From Mycobacteriales bacterium (GTDB lineage Bacteria; Actinomycetota; Actinomycetes; JAFAQI01; DASSKL01): a stretch of 64,000 bases of DNA. Shown piece after piece: positions 39,040 to 48,735 of this stretch. The notes under the pieces are model-generated. The model did no database searches. It saw only the letters and a program-made list of their open reading frames with translations, and was not told the DNA's origin. The position numbers and the translations under genes are program-made. The DNA is taken from positions 67,797 through 131,796 of the forward strand of contig DASSKL010000080.1 of the NCBI GenBank assembly GCA_035690485.1, written 5' to 3'. Position 1 is the stretch's first letter, and each line of letters begins with the position of its first letter.

Positions 39040-40242
39040 TCACTCCCGGGCCGGTGGGTCTCGCCAGGTGCGGCCGTGGGGATCCGTCCACTCGACGATG
39101 CCGTCGTCGAGGCGCTGGTAGCGCCAGCGGGTGTGGGTCTTGAGCCGGTGGTGCCGCCGGCACAGCGGGATCAGGTTGCCCCGTGTGGTCGGGCCGCCAT
39201 CATCGTGAGGAGTCGTGTGGTCGAGGTCGCTGCGCTGCGCGGGTGTGGTGCAGCCGGGGAACCGGCACCGCCGGTCCCGAGCCCGGATGAACTCCCGCAG
39301 CCGCTTCGAGGGCCGGTAGCGCTGCCGGCCCTGGTCGAGCAGCTCCCCGCTGGCCGGGTCGGTAATCCAGCGCTGCCAGTCGGCGTCCTCGGCCAGGGCC
39401 CGGCCGACCGCCGGGGGCAGCGGCCCGTAGCCGGGCAGGCTGACCGGGTTGTCGGCCAAACCGAGCGCAGTCGGCAGGTCGATCGTGACCTGCACGAGCG
39501 GCTGCAGCTGCGGCGCCTCGGCTTGCCCGGTGACCAGGGCGACCAACGCGTCGGCGCGGCGCTGGTCGAGCGTCCGGTCGTCATCGGTCCAGGTCTCGGC
39601 GGTGCTGGTGAGGGCCTGCCAGACGGCGTGGCCGTGCTCGGCGGTGAGCTGCGCACACAGGGTGAACATGCCGTTTGGTTCGTTCCAGTACTGGACCTGC
39701 CGGCCGGCCCGCGCCTGCTCCCGGCGCCGGGCCGCGCCCTGTGGGTCGGCCGCGATCACCGCGCGCCGCGCGAGGTTGCGGAACCGGCCCGGGGTCAGCT
39801 CGACCGCCTTGTCCAGCACCGTTTTCGCGACGTGGCGGGCCGTGTCGTCGTCGACCTCGGCGGTCTCCTCGATCAGGGCGATCGCCTGGATCACCGAGAG
39901 GCCGCCGGTCTCCATCGCGTCGCGGGCGGCGATCAGCCGCCCATCCAACGCGCGGGCGTGCTCGATCCGCCGGTGCGCCGCGGCCGGCGAGACGTGCAAC
40001 GCGACCGCGACCTGCTCCCGGGTCCAGTCCTCACTGTCCAGCGGGTCGGTCGGATCCGGCGCGGCCGCGGCGGCCAGGCAGGCGGCCTTGCGCGACTCCA
40101 CCCAGGCGCTGACCCGCTCCCAGTCGGCGAGCGCGTCGAGGCGATCCACCGGGGACAGCTCCCACGGATCGGTCCCCGCCAACCGCTGCAGCACCTCCAA
40201 CATGCGAACGACATTACGTCCCACCACCGACAATTTCGGCAT
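39040..40242 (-). CDS. DUF222 domain / HNH endonuclease (REP13E12-like repeat family)
   Basis: C-terminal HNH motif …CRFPGCT…DLDHTTPHDDGGPTTRGNLIPLCRRHHRLKTH…. Local GC content is lower than in the surrounding genes. Confidence 0.85.
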   Translation of the reverse strand: MPKLSVVGRNVVRMLEVLQRLAGTDPWELSPVDRLDALADWERVSAWVESRKAACLAAAAAPDPTDPLDSEDWTREQVAVALHVSPAAAHRRIEHARALDGRLIAARDAMETGGLSVIQAIALIEETAEVDDDTARHVAKTVLDKAVELTPGRFRNLARRAVIAADPQGAARRREQARAGRQVQYWNEPNGMFTLCAQLTAEHGHAVWQALTSTAETWTDDDRTLDQRRADALVALVTGQAEAPQLQPLVQVTIDLPTALGLADNPVSLPGYGPLPPAVGRALAEDADWQRWITDPASGELLDQGRQRYRPSKRLREFIRARDRRCRFPGCTTPAQRSDLDHTTPHDDGGPTTRGNLIPLCRRHHRLKTHTRWRYQRLDDGIVEWTDPHGRTWRDPPARE

Positions 40243-40340
40243 ACAGGAAATGCCTGTGGAACAAGGAAAATCCGCTCTCAGCGAATGCCGGCCCGGCCCG
40301 ACCGCGACCTGCGGTTACAGTGACCGCACAGGGAGGTCCA

Positions 40341-40769
40341 ATGATCCACGACGTCATCGAACGTTGGCACCGCAACATCCGTGGCGAGCTGGCCGGCGGG
40401 CTCGACGAGCTGCTCGACGACGACGTCGTCTTCTACTCGCCGATCGTCTTCACGCCCCAGCGCGGCAAGGAGATCACGACGGCCTACCTCACGGCGGCCG
40501 GACAGACGCTCGCCGGCAAGAAGCAGCCGCAGTCCGCTGCCGGTGCGTCTGAAGACGGTTTCCGCTACACCAAGCAGGTGCTCGACGGCGAAACGGCGGT
40601 GCTGGAGTTCGAGACGACCGTCGGCGGCAAGTACGTCAACGGCGTCGACATCATCCGCTGCAACGACCAGGGCAAGATCGTCGAGATCAGGGTGATGGTC
40701 CGCCCGCTGCAGGCGATCAACATGGTCCACGAGCAGATGCGTGCCGCGCTCGAGGCCGCACAGGCCTGA
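40341..40769 (+). CDS. NTF2-like / SnoaL-like domain protein
   Basis: ATG after GGGAGGTCCA; the sequence is SnoaL_2-like. Confidence 0.7.
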   Translation: MIHDVIERWHRNIRGELAGGLDELLDDDVVFYSPIVFTPQRGKEITTAYLTAAGQTLAGKKQPQSAAGASEDGFRYTKQVLDGETAVLEFETTVGGKYVNGVDIIRCNDQGKIVEIRVMVRPLQAINMVHEQMRAALEAAQA

Positions 40770-40771
40770 CG

Positions 40772-41131
40772 TCAGTCCGCGAGCCGCTGCACCAACCGTT
40801 TCGGTGCGACCGTGCGGTAGGCCTCACGGACGCATTCCTCGATCTCGGCCCAGTCGACGTCGCCGTCGAGGCGTACGCCGATCCAGCCGCGATGCCCGAC
40901 ATACGGCGGCCGGAAGAACCGCTGGGGGGCCTCGGCGACAAGTTCCTGCAGCACACCTACCGGCGCCGCGCACCACAGATGCGGGAAGTCGTGGTCGTGA
41001 TGGCCGCCGGACCACAGCATCACGAACTGCTTGCCGACGAAGAACGCCGGCGACCCGTGACTCACCCTCTCGGTGACCTCAGGCAGCGCCAGGCACATAG
41101 CCCGCACCCGGTCCTCGACGTCCCCGGTCAC
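40772..41131 (-). CDS. MmcQ/YjbR family DNA-binding protein
   Basis: …RAMCLALPEVTERVSHGSPAFFVGKQFVML… matches the YjbR family. The GTG start overlaps the upstream gene's stop. Confidence 0.7.
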   Translation of the reverse strand: MTGDVEDRVRAMCLALPEVTERVSHGSPAFFVGKQFVMLWSGGHHDHDFPHLWCAAPVGVLQELVAEAPQRFFRPPYVGHRGWIGVRLDGDVDWAEIEECVREAYRTVAPKRLVQRLAD

Positions 41132-41988
41132 GTGGACACCCGGCGCGCCATCAGGAACGCGCTGTCCGACGCCCGCCTCACCGGCCGGCCGTAGGACGCG
41201 GCCACCTCGCTTAGCAGGTGCTCTCGGATCGACCAGCCGGAGGAGCGCAGCCGATCCAGCTCCGCGGGTGCCAGGCCCTCCTGCCAGAGTCCGGCGGTCG
41301 CCTGCACGTCGGCCGCGGCCAGCCGGCGCCGGCCGTGCGGCTTCTCGAAGGCCACCGCGCTCCCGACCGCCGACGCCGCGTCGACGCGGGCCAGGACGTG
41401 CGCGGCCTGTGTCGACGACAGGTAGGCGAACACGCCCTCGATCAGCCACGCCGTGGGCACCGACGGATCGAACGCCGCGGCCTGCAGCGACGACGACCAG
41501 TCACCCGTCAGGTCTGCGGCGACGGTCGTCCGGGAACACGCCGGGTCGACGTCGGTCAGCACCGCGTCCTTGACCGCGAAGACCTCGGCGCGGTCCACCT
41601 CGAACCACCGGGTCTGCGCCGGCACCGCCAGCCGGAAGGCCCGGGTGTCCAGCCCGGCGCCCAGGACGACCACCTGAGGGCAGCCGGCACGCAGCAGGAA
41701 GTCGTCGTAGAACGGGGTGCGAATGACGACGTGAAAGGCCAGGGCCCGCCGCTCCGCGCTGGCCGGGCCCTCGTCGACCTGCGGCTGCAGCGCGGCGAAG
41801 GCGGCAGCGTAAGGGTCGTGGAACAGCGCGTCGGGACGTGCCGACTCCATCGCGCGCACCCGCGCGGCCGACACCGCAGTGCCGGCGACCCCCGCTAGCT
41901 GCACGCCGAGAAAGCTACAGCCGCTCGATGATCGTGACGTTGGCCTGCCCGCCGCCCTCGCACATCGTCTGCAGCCCGTAGCGACCAC
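41128..41988 (-). CDS. Class I SAM-dependent methyltransferase (TcmP/LCMT-like)
   Basis: …DPYAAAF…VVVLGAGLDTRAFRL… is characteristic of the family. The ATG start at 41988 would overlap the thiolase gene by 74 nt, so the alternative GTG at 41904 is possible. Confidence 0.7.
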   Translation of the reverse strand: MVATGCRRCARAAGRPTSRSSSGCSFLGVQLAGVAGTAVSAARVRAMESARPDALFHDPYAAAFAALQPQVDEGPASAERRALAFHVVIRTPFYDDFLLRAGCPQVVVLGAGLDTRAFRLAVPAQTRWFEVDRAEVFAVKDAVLTDVDPACSRTTVAADLTGDWSSSLQAAAFDPSVPTAWLIEGVFAYLSSTQAAHVLARVDAASAVGSAVAFEKPHGRRRLAAADVQATAGLWQEGLAPAELDRLRSSGWSIREHLLSEVAASYGRPVRRASDSAFLMARRVST

Positions 41989-43066
41989 CGGTGCGCTCGA
42001 GCTCGTGCAGCAAGGTCGTCATCAGGCGCGCGCCGGTCGCGCCGAGCGGGTGCCCCAACGCGATGGCGCCGCCGTTGACGTTGACCTTGGCGAGGTCGGC
42101 ACCGGTCTCGCGCTGCCAGGCCAGCACGACCGACGCGAACGCCTCGTTGATCTCGACCAGGTCGATCTCGTCGAGCGACATTCCCGTCTTCTTCAACGCG
42201 TGGGCCGTAGCCGGGATCGGCGCCGTCAGCATGATGACCGGGTCGGCACCACGCACCGACAGGTGGTGGATCCGCGCCCGGGGCGTCAGCCCGTGCTCAC
42301 GCACCGCCTGCTCGGAGGCGACCAGCAGCGCTGCTGCGCCGTCGGTGATCTGGCTCGACACGGCAGCGGTGACCCGGCCGCCCTCCTGCAGCGGCTTGAG
42401 GCCAGCCATCTTCTCCAGCGTCGTGTCGCGGCGCGGCCCGAGGTCCTCGGTGACCTCTCCAAACGCAGCGATCTCCCGGGCGAACCGGCCCTCGTCGATC
42501 GCCCGTAGCGCGCGCTGGTGCGACTCGAAGGCGAACGCCTCCATCTCCTCGCGGGAGATGTCCCACTGCTGCGCGATCATCTCGGCCGAGTTGAACTGCG
42601 ACAGCGGCTGGTCGCCGTAGCGCGCCACCCAGCCGGCCGATCCGGTGAACGGCTCGGCGAAGCCGTACTGCTCACCCGCGAGCATCGCCGAGGAGATCGG
42701 GATCGCACTCATGTTCTGCACGCCGCCTGCGACGACAAGGTCGGCGGTGCCGCTCATCACGGCCTGCGCGGCGAAGTGAAGTGCCTGCTGCGAGGAGCCG
42801 CACTGCCGGTCGACGGTGACGCCGGGCACCTCCTCGGGCAGGCCCGCGGCCAGCCAGCAGGTGCGGGCGATGTCGCCGGCCTGCGGGCCGATCGTGTCGA
42901 CGCAGCCGAAGACCACGTCCTCGACCGCCGCCGGGTCGACATCGGCCCGCTCGATCACGGCACGCAGGACGTGCGCGCCGAGGTCTGCCGGGTGGACCCC
43001 TGCCAGCCCGCCGCCGCGCCGGGTCACCGGGCTGCGCACCGCCTCGACCAGGAATGCCTCAGCCAT
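41915..43066 (-). CDS. Acetyl-CoA C-acyltransferase (steroid 3-ketoacyl-CoA thiolase, FadA5/FadA6-like)
   Basis: Thiolase active sites are present: VDRQCGSSQQA, the C-terminal …NVNGGAIALGHPLGATG… segment and CEGGGQAN. Confidence 0.9.
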   Translation of the reverse strand: MAEAFLVEAVRSPVTRRGGGLAGVHPADLGAHVLRAVIERADVDPAAVEDVVFGCVDTIGPQAGDIARTCWLAAGLPEEVPGVTVDRQCGSSQQALHFAAQAVMSGTADLVVAGGVQNMSAIPISSAMLAGEQYGFAEPFTGSAGWVARYGDQPLSQFNSAEMIAQQWDISREEMEAFAFESHQRALRAIDEGRFAREIAAFGEVTEDLGPRRDTTLEKMAGLKPLQEGGRVTAAVSSQITDGAAALLVASEQAVREHGLTPRARIHHLSVRGADPVIMLTAPIPATAHALKKTGMSLDEIDLVEINEAFASVVLAWQRETGADLAKVNVNGGAIALGHPLGATGARLMTTLLHELERTGGRYGLQTMCEGGGQANVTIIERL

Positions 43067-43811
43067 CGGACGATCCCTTCATCGCGCTCAGGAAGGCGGG
43101 CGCCTCGCCCCCTCCGTCGACGTACAGCTCGGCGCCGGTGACGTAGCCGGTCTCCGGGCCCGACAGCAGCAGGCATGCGGCCGCCACATCCGCCGGTGAA
43201 GCAAGGCGGCCCATCGGCACGGTCGCCTCGACGGCGCCGATGTCGTCACCGTAGGTCTGGCCGGCGAGCTCCGTGCGCACCAGCCCCGGTGTCACCTGGT
43301 TGACCCGCACCTTGGGCGCCCACTCGATCGCGAGGCTGCGGGTCAGCACCGCGAGCCCGGCCTTCGCGGCGTTGTAGGCCGACGTGCCGGGCGCCGGCCG
43401 CCGCGCCGCGACGCTGCCGATGTTGACGATCACCCCGCCGCCGTCCTGCTGCTGCATGACCGCGTTGGCCGCCTGCGACAGGTAGTAGGGCGCCAGCAGG
43501 TTGAGCGCGACGATCCGCTCGACGAACCGCGGGCTGACCGTCGCCGCGTCCGCGTAGGGGCTGCCGCCCGCGTTGTTGACCAGCACGTCGAGCCGGCCGT
43601 GCGTCCCGACGACCTCGTCGACCAGCGCGCGGCACTGGTCGGGGTCCCGCACGTCGCAGGAGACGAACGGGTGCGGCGACGAGTCGGGTGGCTTGCGGCC
43701 GCAGACGATGACCCTCGCGCCGGCTTCGGCGTAGGCCGCAGCGATGCCGGCACCGAGACCCCGGGTGCCCCCGGTGACCAGGACCACGCTGGCGTCGAAG
43801 GACGCGGTCAC
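43059..43811 (-). CDS. SDR family oxidoreductase
   Basis: VTGGTRGLG and YNAAKAG motifs. It overlaps both neighbouring genes within an operon. Confidence 0.85.
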   Translation of the reverse strand: MTASFDASVVLVTGGTRGLGAGIAAAYAEAGARVIVCGRKPPDSSPHPFVSCDVRDPDQCRALVDEVVGTHGRLDVLVNNAGGSPYADAATVSPRFVERIVALNLLAPYYLSQAANAVMQQQDGGGVIVNIGSVAARRPAPGTSAYNAAKAGLAVLTRSLAIEWAPKVRVNQVTPGLVRTELAGQTYGDDIGAVEATVPMGRLASPADVAAACLLLSGPETGYVTGAELYVDGGGEAPAFLSAMKGSSDG

Positions 43812-45430
43812 ACCTGCGCCCGCGCGAAAGTCGCCGCCATGTCACCGGCGGCGACGTGAGCGAACGCCATCGCCGGCGTGATCGGCGCACCGGGACCGGG
43901 ATAGGTGTTGCCCATCATCGACGCCATCGTGTTGCCGCAGGCGTAGAGACCGGGCAGCGGCCGACCGTCGCCGCCCAGCACCCGCGCGTGCTCGTCGCAG
44001 ATGAGGCCACCCTTGGTGCCGAGGTCCGACAGCACCACCTGCGCCGCGTAGAACGGCCCTTGGACGATCGGGCCGAGCGACGGGTTCGGGTGCTCGTGCG
44101 GGCCCGGAATTCCCGGGTAGCGCTGGAAGACCCAGAGCAGCTGACGCTCGTGGCTGCCCTCGGCGCCCCGGCCGAACTCCTCGTCGACCCCGCGGTCGAC
44201 CGACTCGTTCCAGCGCGCCACCGTCTGCGGCAGGTCGACCGCGCCGATCAGGTCGGCGAGCGCGGTCAGCGTGCCGGCCCGCTTCAGCGCACCCGCCTGC
44301 ACCCAGGGGGTCGGGTCGGCGCCCGGTCGCAGGCCACCGAACCCGCTCACCTGCAGGAACTGCTCGTCGAAGACGAACCACGACGGGATGACCGGTCGCC
44401 CCGCGTCGTGCGCCGCCAGCATCAGGTGGCCGAACGTGTCGTAGTCGACGCCTTCGTTGAGCCAGCGACGACCGGTCCGGTCCACGACGATGCCGCCCGG
44501 CGTCACCCGCTCCCAGAGCAGGAACGACGGCCGGCCGTCGGGCCGGAGGAACCCCGGCGCCCACCAGGAGTCGTCCATGAGGTCCGTGCGCGCGCCGAGC
44601 GCGATGCCGGCGCGGATGCCGTCGCCGGTGTTGCCTTCGACGCCGAGCGTCCAGTCGCTGTGCCGCACCGGTCCCGGCTGGTGGGCGGCACGCATCTCGA
44701 CGTTGCGCTCGAAGCCACCCGAGGCCAGCAGCACGCCGGCCCGGGCCCGCACCTCGAGCGCCTCGCCGTCGCGGCGCGCGGAGATGCCCACGACCGCGCC
44801 GCCGTCGACCAGCAGGTCGACGAACGCGGTCGACGCCCACAGGTCGACCCCCGCCGCCGTGCAGGCGATGAGCAGCTGGGCGATCAGCGACTGGCCGCCC
44901 CACATCGGCCCCTCCGGCCCGGGGTCGGGGATCGGCGGGCCACCGTCGCCCATCGGCATCTTCTGCACGAACGGCTGCGGGACCTCGCCGAGCCGCGCGC
45001 GCGGGAAGATCTTCGGCGTGATCGCGCGGCCGGTGAGCAGCGCGCCCGGCCGGCCGGGGTGGTAGTCGGGGTAGCCGGTCATGTAGTTGAAGTGCACGCC
45101 GTGCTCTTCGAGCCAGGCGATCGTCGGAGCCGCGGCCTCGAGGAATGCGTCCTGCATCGACTGCGGCGTGCGGTCGCCGACGGTGTGACGCAGGTACTCC
45201 CGCGCGAGCTCCAGGCTGTCGGGCTGGCCGGCGGCGAGCACGTGCAGGTTGGCCGGCGCCCACAGCCCCGCGCCCGACAGCGCGGTCGTGCCGCCGAACC
45301 GGTCGGACTTCTCGACCAGCAGCACCCGCAGCCCGGACACCGCTGCGGTCAGGGCACCGACCAGGCCGCCGGCTCCCGAACCGACCACGACGACGTCGTA
45401 ATCCACGGTCTGCGACACGCCGTGAGTCAA
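43808..45430 (-). CDS. kstD: 3-oxosteroid 1-dehydrogenase
   Basis: FAD motif VVVVGSGAGG. The sequence is KstD-like throughout, including the C-terminal …GLYACGN… segment. The first possible start is TTG at 45430; an alternative GTG lies at 45418. Confidence 0.88.
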   Translation of the reverse strand: MTHGVSQTVDYDVVVVGSGAGGLVGALTAAVSGLRVLLVEKSDRFGGTTALSGAGLWAPANLHVLAAGQPDSLELAREYLRHTVGDRTPQSMQDAFLEAAAPTIAWLEEHGVHFNYMTGYPDYHPGRPGALLTGRAITPKIFPRARLGEVPQPFVQKMPMGDGGPPIPDPGPEGPMWGGQSLIAQLLIACTAAGVDLWASTAFVDLLVDGGAVVGISARRDGEALEVRARAGVLLASGGFERNVEMRAAHQPGPVRHSDWTLGVEGNTGDGIRAGIALGARTDLMDDSWWAPGFLRPDGRPSFLLWERVTPGGIVVDRTGRRWLNEGVDYDTFGHLMLAAHDAGRPVIPSWFVFDEQFLQVSGFGGLRPGADPTPWVQAGALKRAGTLTALADLIGAVDLPQTVARWNESVDRGVDEEFGRGAEGSHERQLLWVFQRYPGIPGPHEHPNPSLGPIVQGPFYAAQVVLSDLGTKGGLICDEHARVLGGDGRPLPGLYACGNTMASMMGNTYPGPGAPITPAMAFAHVAAGDMAATFARAQV

Positions 45431-45431
45431 C

Positions 45432-45445
45432 TAGAACGTGTTTCA
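45432..45445. promoter_or_regulatory. KstR operator TAGAACGTGTTTCA immediately upstream of kstD
   Basis: Matches TnnAACnnGTTnnA. Confidence 0.6.
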
Positions 45446-45466
45446 GTCGTCAAGGCAGCCGGGTGG

Positions 45467-46936
45467 TCAACCACGCCCGGCCCGCCGCACCACCGACGCC
45501 GCGTGCCGGCCGGCCCGGCGGCCGAAGAACGACCCCTCGCCGAGCTGCGTCCCGCTCGCATATCCCTTGCTGTCCTGGGCGATGTTGGCCGCGCACGCGC
45601 CCGCGGCGTACAGCCCCTCGACGACCGTGCCGTCGTCGCGCAGCACCTGCCCGTCGACCGACGTGCGCAGCCCACCGATCGTGAAGCCGGAGTAGGTGGC
45701 CTTGCCGAGCGACAGGTCGAACGCACCCCACGGCCCGTGGTCCTGCGGCTCGAGGAAGTCCGGGTGTTTGTGGAAGTCGCGGTCCTCGCCGCGCACCGCA
45801 CGGGCGTTGTAGCGGTCGAGCGTCCGCTGCAACCGGCCCGCGGGGATGCCCAGCGCGCGCTCCATCTCCGCCACGGTCTCCCAGCCGTCGATGAACGGCG
45901 CCAGCGGGAAGACCGGCTGCTCCATGTGCGCGTCGTCGACGACGAGGTACGCCGTCGCGCCCGGTTGCTCCAGCACGAACCCGGCGGTCCGGGAGTGGTA
46001 GGAGTCCTCCGCCACGAACCGCGCACCGTCGCGGTTGACGATGACGCCGGTCAGCAGCCGCGCCGGCGGGTAGCAGGGGGCGGTCAGGAACGCCTGGTCC
46101 ATGTGCCGTGTCGCTGCGCCGGCGGACATTCCCAGGCGGATGCCCAGCCCGTCGTCGTACGTGCTGCCGAGCGGCAACGACTTCTCCGCCAGCGCGGGCA
46201 CGTGCGCGGCGACCATCTGCTCGTTCATCACGAACCCGCCGGCCGCGATGACGACGGCCCCGGCCCGCACGGCGCCGCCGTCGCGGAAGTGCTTGTAGGC
46301 CGCGCCCACGACCCGGCCCTGGTCGTCGACGACGAGGGCCGTCACGCCCGTCTCGTAGCGCACCTCGACGCCGAGGTCGCCCGCGCGCTTGACCAGCAGG
46401 TCGACGACCATCGCCGCGCCACCGGTGTCGCCCGGCACGGGCACCTTGTGCCCGCGCGGCGCGGGCTTCGCCTGCTCGCGAAACGGCCAGACCTTCTCGT
46501 TGCCGGAGTACATCAGCCCTTCGGTGCCCGGCTGGATGACGGCCTTCTCCGGGTAGTAGCTGCGCTCGAACCGGAAGCCCAGCCCCTCGAGCCAGTCGAA
46601 GTGCGCGACGCTGCCCTCGGCGTAGGCGCGGATCTTCTCCGGCTCGGGGTCGCGCGAGACCGCCATGAGGTAGCGGTACATCTCCTCCGGCGAGTCGTCG
46701 TGGCCGGTCGCCCGCTGCACCGCCGTGCCGCCGCCGAGGTAGAAGTGCCCGCCGGCCAGCGCACTGGTGCCACCCGCGACGGCGGCCCGCTCCAGCACCA
46801 TGACCCGCGCCCCGGCCGCGGCCGCCTCGACCGCCGCACATCCACCGGAGGCCCCGAACCCCACGACCAGCACGTCGACCTCGTCGGACCAGTCGACCGA
46901 CGACGCGGCGAGCGGGGTCGGGACGTCGTGCGGCAC
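45467..46936 (-). CDS. FAD-binding dehydrogenase, KstD paralog (3-ketosteroid delta4(5alpha)/delta1-dehydrogenase-like)
   Basis: VLVVGFGASGG FAD motif with flavoprotein-family architecture. The GTG start lies 15 nt from a perfect KstR palindrome. Confidence 0.82.
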   Translation of the reverse strand: MPHDVPTPLAASSVDWSDEVDVLVVGFGASGGCAAVEAAAAGARVMVLERAAVAGGTSALAGGHFYLGGGTAVQRATGHDDSPEEMYRYLMAVSRDPEPEKIRAYAEGSVAHFDWLEGLGFRFERSYYPEKAVIQPGTEGLMYSGNEKVWPFREQAKPAPRGHKVPVPGDTGGAAMVVDLLVKRAGDLGVEVRYETGVTALVVDDQGRVVGAAYKHFRDGGAVRAGAVVIAAGGFVMNEQMVAAHVPALAEKSLPLGSTYDDGLGIRLGMSAGAATRHMDQAFLTAPCYPPARLLTGVIVNRDGARFVAEDSYHSRTAGFVLEQPGATAYLVVDDAHMEQPVFPLAPFIDGWETVAEMERALGIPAGRLQRTLDRYNARAVRGEDRDFHKHPDFLEPQDHGPWGAFDLSLGKATYSGFTIGGLRTSVDGQVLRDDGTVVEGLYAAGACAANIAQDSKGYASGTQLGEGSFFGRRAGRHAASVVRRAGRG

Positions 46937-46950
46937 GCCCGAAGTCTGGT

Positions 46951-46964
46951 AGAACGCGTTCTAG
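46951..46964. promoter_or_regulatory. KstR operator TAGAACGCGTTCTA (perfect palindrome) between the KstD-like gene and the IclR gene
   Basis: Perfect match to the KstR consensus. Confidence 0.65.
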
Positions 46965-46987
46965 CGGTCAACCGGGGAGGAGCCGGC

Positions 46988-47845
46988 ATGGTCGACCGGC
47001 GCAGCCCGCCACCCGCCTCGATGATCGAGCGGATGACGCTGATCCTCGGCGCCTTCGACGGCTCCGCGCCGCGCCTCACCCTGCAGGAGATCGCCGACCG
47101 CAGCGGGCTGCCCCGCTCGACCACGCACCGGATCCTCGACACGCTCGTCCGGCTGCGCTGGCTGGAGCACCGTGGCGGCGGCTACCGGCTCGGCATGCGG
47201 TCGCTGGAGCTCGGTGGCCTGGCCGTGGCGCACAACGAGCTGCGCGAGGCGACCGCCCCCCTGCTCCACGACCTGCACCTGCGCACGCAGGCGACCGTGC
47301 ACCTGTCGGTGCTCGACCGGCTCGACATCGTCTACCTCGACCGGGTCGCCGGGCGGGGCGGGTCGGCCGTCAAGACCCGCGTCGGCGGGCGCACGCCCGC
47401 ACACGCGACCGCCGCGGGCAAGGCCATGCTCGCCTGGCTCGACCCGCGCGTGGTCGACGCGACGTTCCGCGACCGGCTCGTGCCGCGCACGCCCCGCACG
47501 CTGCCGACGGTCGAGGCGTTGGCCCAGGAGCTGGTCGCGGTGCGGGCCCGGGGCGGTGTCGCCTACGACCGCGAGGAGTCGGCCCCGGGCGTCGCCTGCG
47601 TCGCCGCACCGCTGCGCGGCAGCGGGCGGGCGATCGCCGCGATCTCCCTGACCGGGCCGGCCCGCGAGACCGACCTCGTCCGGCTGACGCCCTACGTCGA
47701 GCAGACGACGCGGCAGGCGAGCGCCGCGCTGTTCCCGCGGTTGCCCGACGACGACAGCCGGCGCGACCACCCGGTGCCGAGCGCGTGGCCACCGGGCGCC
47801 CTCGACAAGCTGCTGCAAGGCATGGGCGGCGACTACTGGCTCTGA
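46988..47845 (+). CDS. IclR family transcriptional regulator
   Basis: ATG after GGGGAGGAG. Has an N-terminal HTH (…LQEIADRSGLPRSTTHRIL…) and a C-terminal IclR effector domain. Confidence 0.85.
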   Translation: MVDRRSPPPASMIERMTLILGAFDGSAPRLTLQEIADRSGLPRSTTHRILDTLVRLRWLEHRGGGYRLGMRSLELGGLAVAHNELREATAPLLHDLHLRTQATVHLSVLDRLDIVYLDRVAGRGGSAVKTRVGGRTPAHATAAGKAMLAWLDPRVVDATFRDRLVPRTPRTLPTVEALAQELVAVRARGGVAYDREESAPGVACVAAPLRGSGRAIAAISLTGPARETDLVRLTPYVEQTTRQASAALFPRLPDDDSRRDHPVPSAWPPGALDKLLQGMGGDYWL

Positions 47846-47862
47846 CCCCGGAGGGGACGGAC

Positions 47863-48729
47863 ATGACCGACCATGCCATCGGGCCGGCACGGCTCGGCAT
47901 CGTCACGCCGGTGCTCACGCTCGTGCCCGGGCTGCACGGTGAGTGGGAACGCAGCGGGAGCATCGACGACGTGGTAGCCGTCGCCCGGTCGGCGGACCGA
48001 CTCGGCTTCGCACACCTGACCTGCGCCGAGCACGTCGCCGTCTCGGCCGACACCGGGCGGCAGCGCGGGTCGATGTTCTGGGACCCGCTGGCGACGCTGT
48101 CCTACATTGCGGCCGTCACGTCGCAGATCCGGCTGGCCACGCACGTGCTGGTGCTCGGGCACCAGCACCCGCTCGCGCTGGCGAAGCGCTACGGCACGCT
48201 CGACCGGCTGAGCGGCGGCCGGCTCGTGCTGGGCGTCGGGGTCGGGAGCCTGCAGGAGGAGTTCGACCTGCTCGGCACGCCGTGGACCGACCGCGGAGCG
48301 CGCGGCGACGACGCACTGCGCGCGCTACGCGCGGCGCTGTCGCGCCCGACCGCCACCTACCACGGGGAGTTCTACGACTTCGACGACGTGATCCTGGAGC
48401 CGTACGCCGTGCAGGACCGGATCCCCATCTGGGTCGGCGGGCGCACCCGCCGGTCGCTGCGGCGCGCGGTGGAGCTCGGCGACGGGTGGGCGCCGTTCGG
48501 CCTGCGCCTCGGCGACATCACCGAGATCCTCACCGCCGCCGGCAGCCACGATGGTCTCGAGGTCGTGCTCTACACGCCGCGCCCGATCGACCCGCTGGGC
48601 GACCCCGATGCGGCCCGGCGGTCCCTCGACAAGGCCTTCGCCGCCGGCGCGACGAAGGTCAACGTCAGCCTGCAGTCGACGTCACTGCAGCACTACCTCG
48701 AACAGATGGAGGCGCTGCGCGACCTGTGA
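47863..48729 (+). CDS. LLM class F420-dependent oxidoreductase (TIGR03619-like)
   Basis: ATG after GGAGGGGA. The product has the luciferase-like TIM barrel. Confidence 0.85.
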   Translation: MTDHAIGPARLGIVTPVLTLVPGLHGEWERSGSIDDVVAVARSADRLGFAHLTCAEHVAVSADTGRQRGSMFWDPLATLSYIAAVTSQIRLATHVLVLGHQHPLALAKRYGTLDRLSGGRLVLGVGVGSLQEEFDLLGTPWTDRGARGDDALRALRAALSRPTATYHGEFYDFDDVILEPYAVQDRIPIWVGGRTRRSLRRAVELGDGWAPFGLRLGDITEILTAAGSHDGLEVVLYTPRPIDPLGDPDAARRSLDKAFAAGATKVNVSLQSTSLQHYLEQMEALRDL

Positions 48730-48735
48730 CGACGA

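Noticed and set aside
41904-41988. Exact start of the SAM-methyltransferase (ATG at 41988 versus GTG at 41904).
   Set aside because: The ATG start overlaps the thiolase gene by 74 nt. The GTG start removes the overlap but lacks a ribosome-binding site. Neither could be decided from sequence alone, so the longer ORF is reported with reduced confidence.
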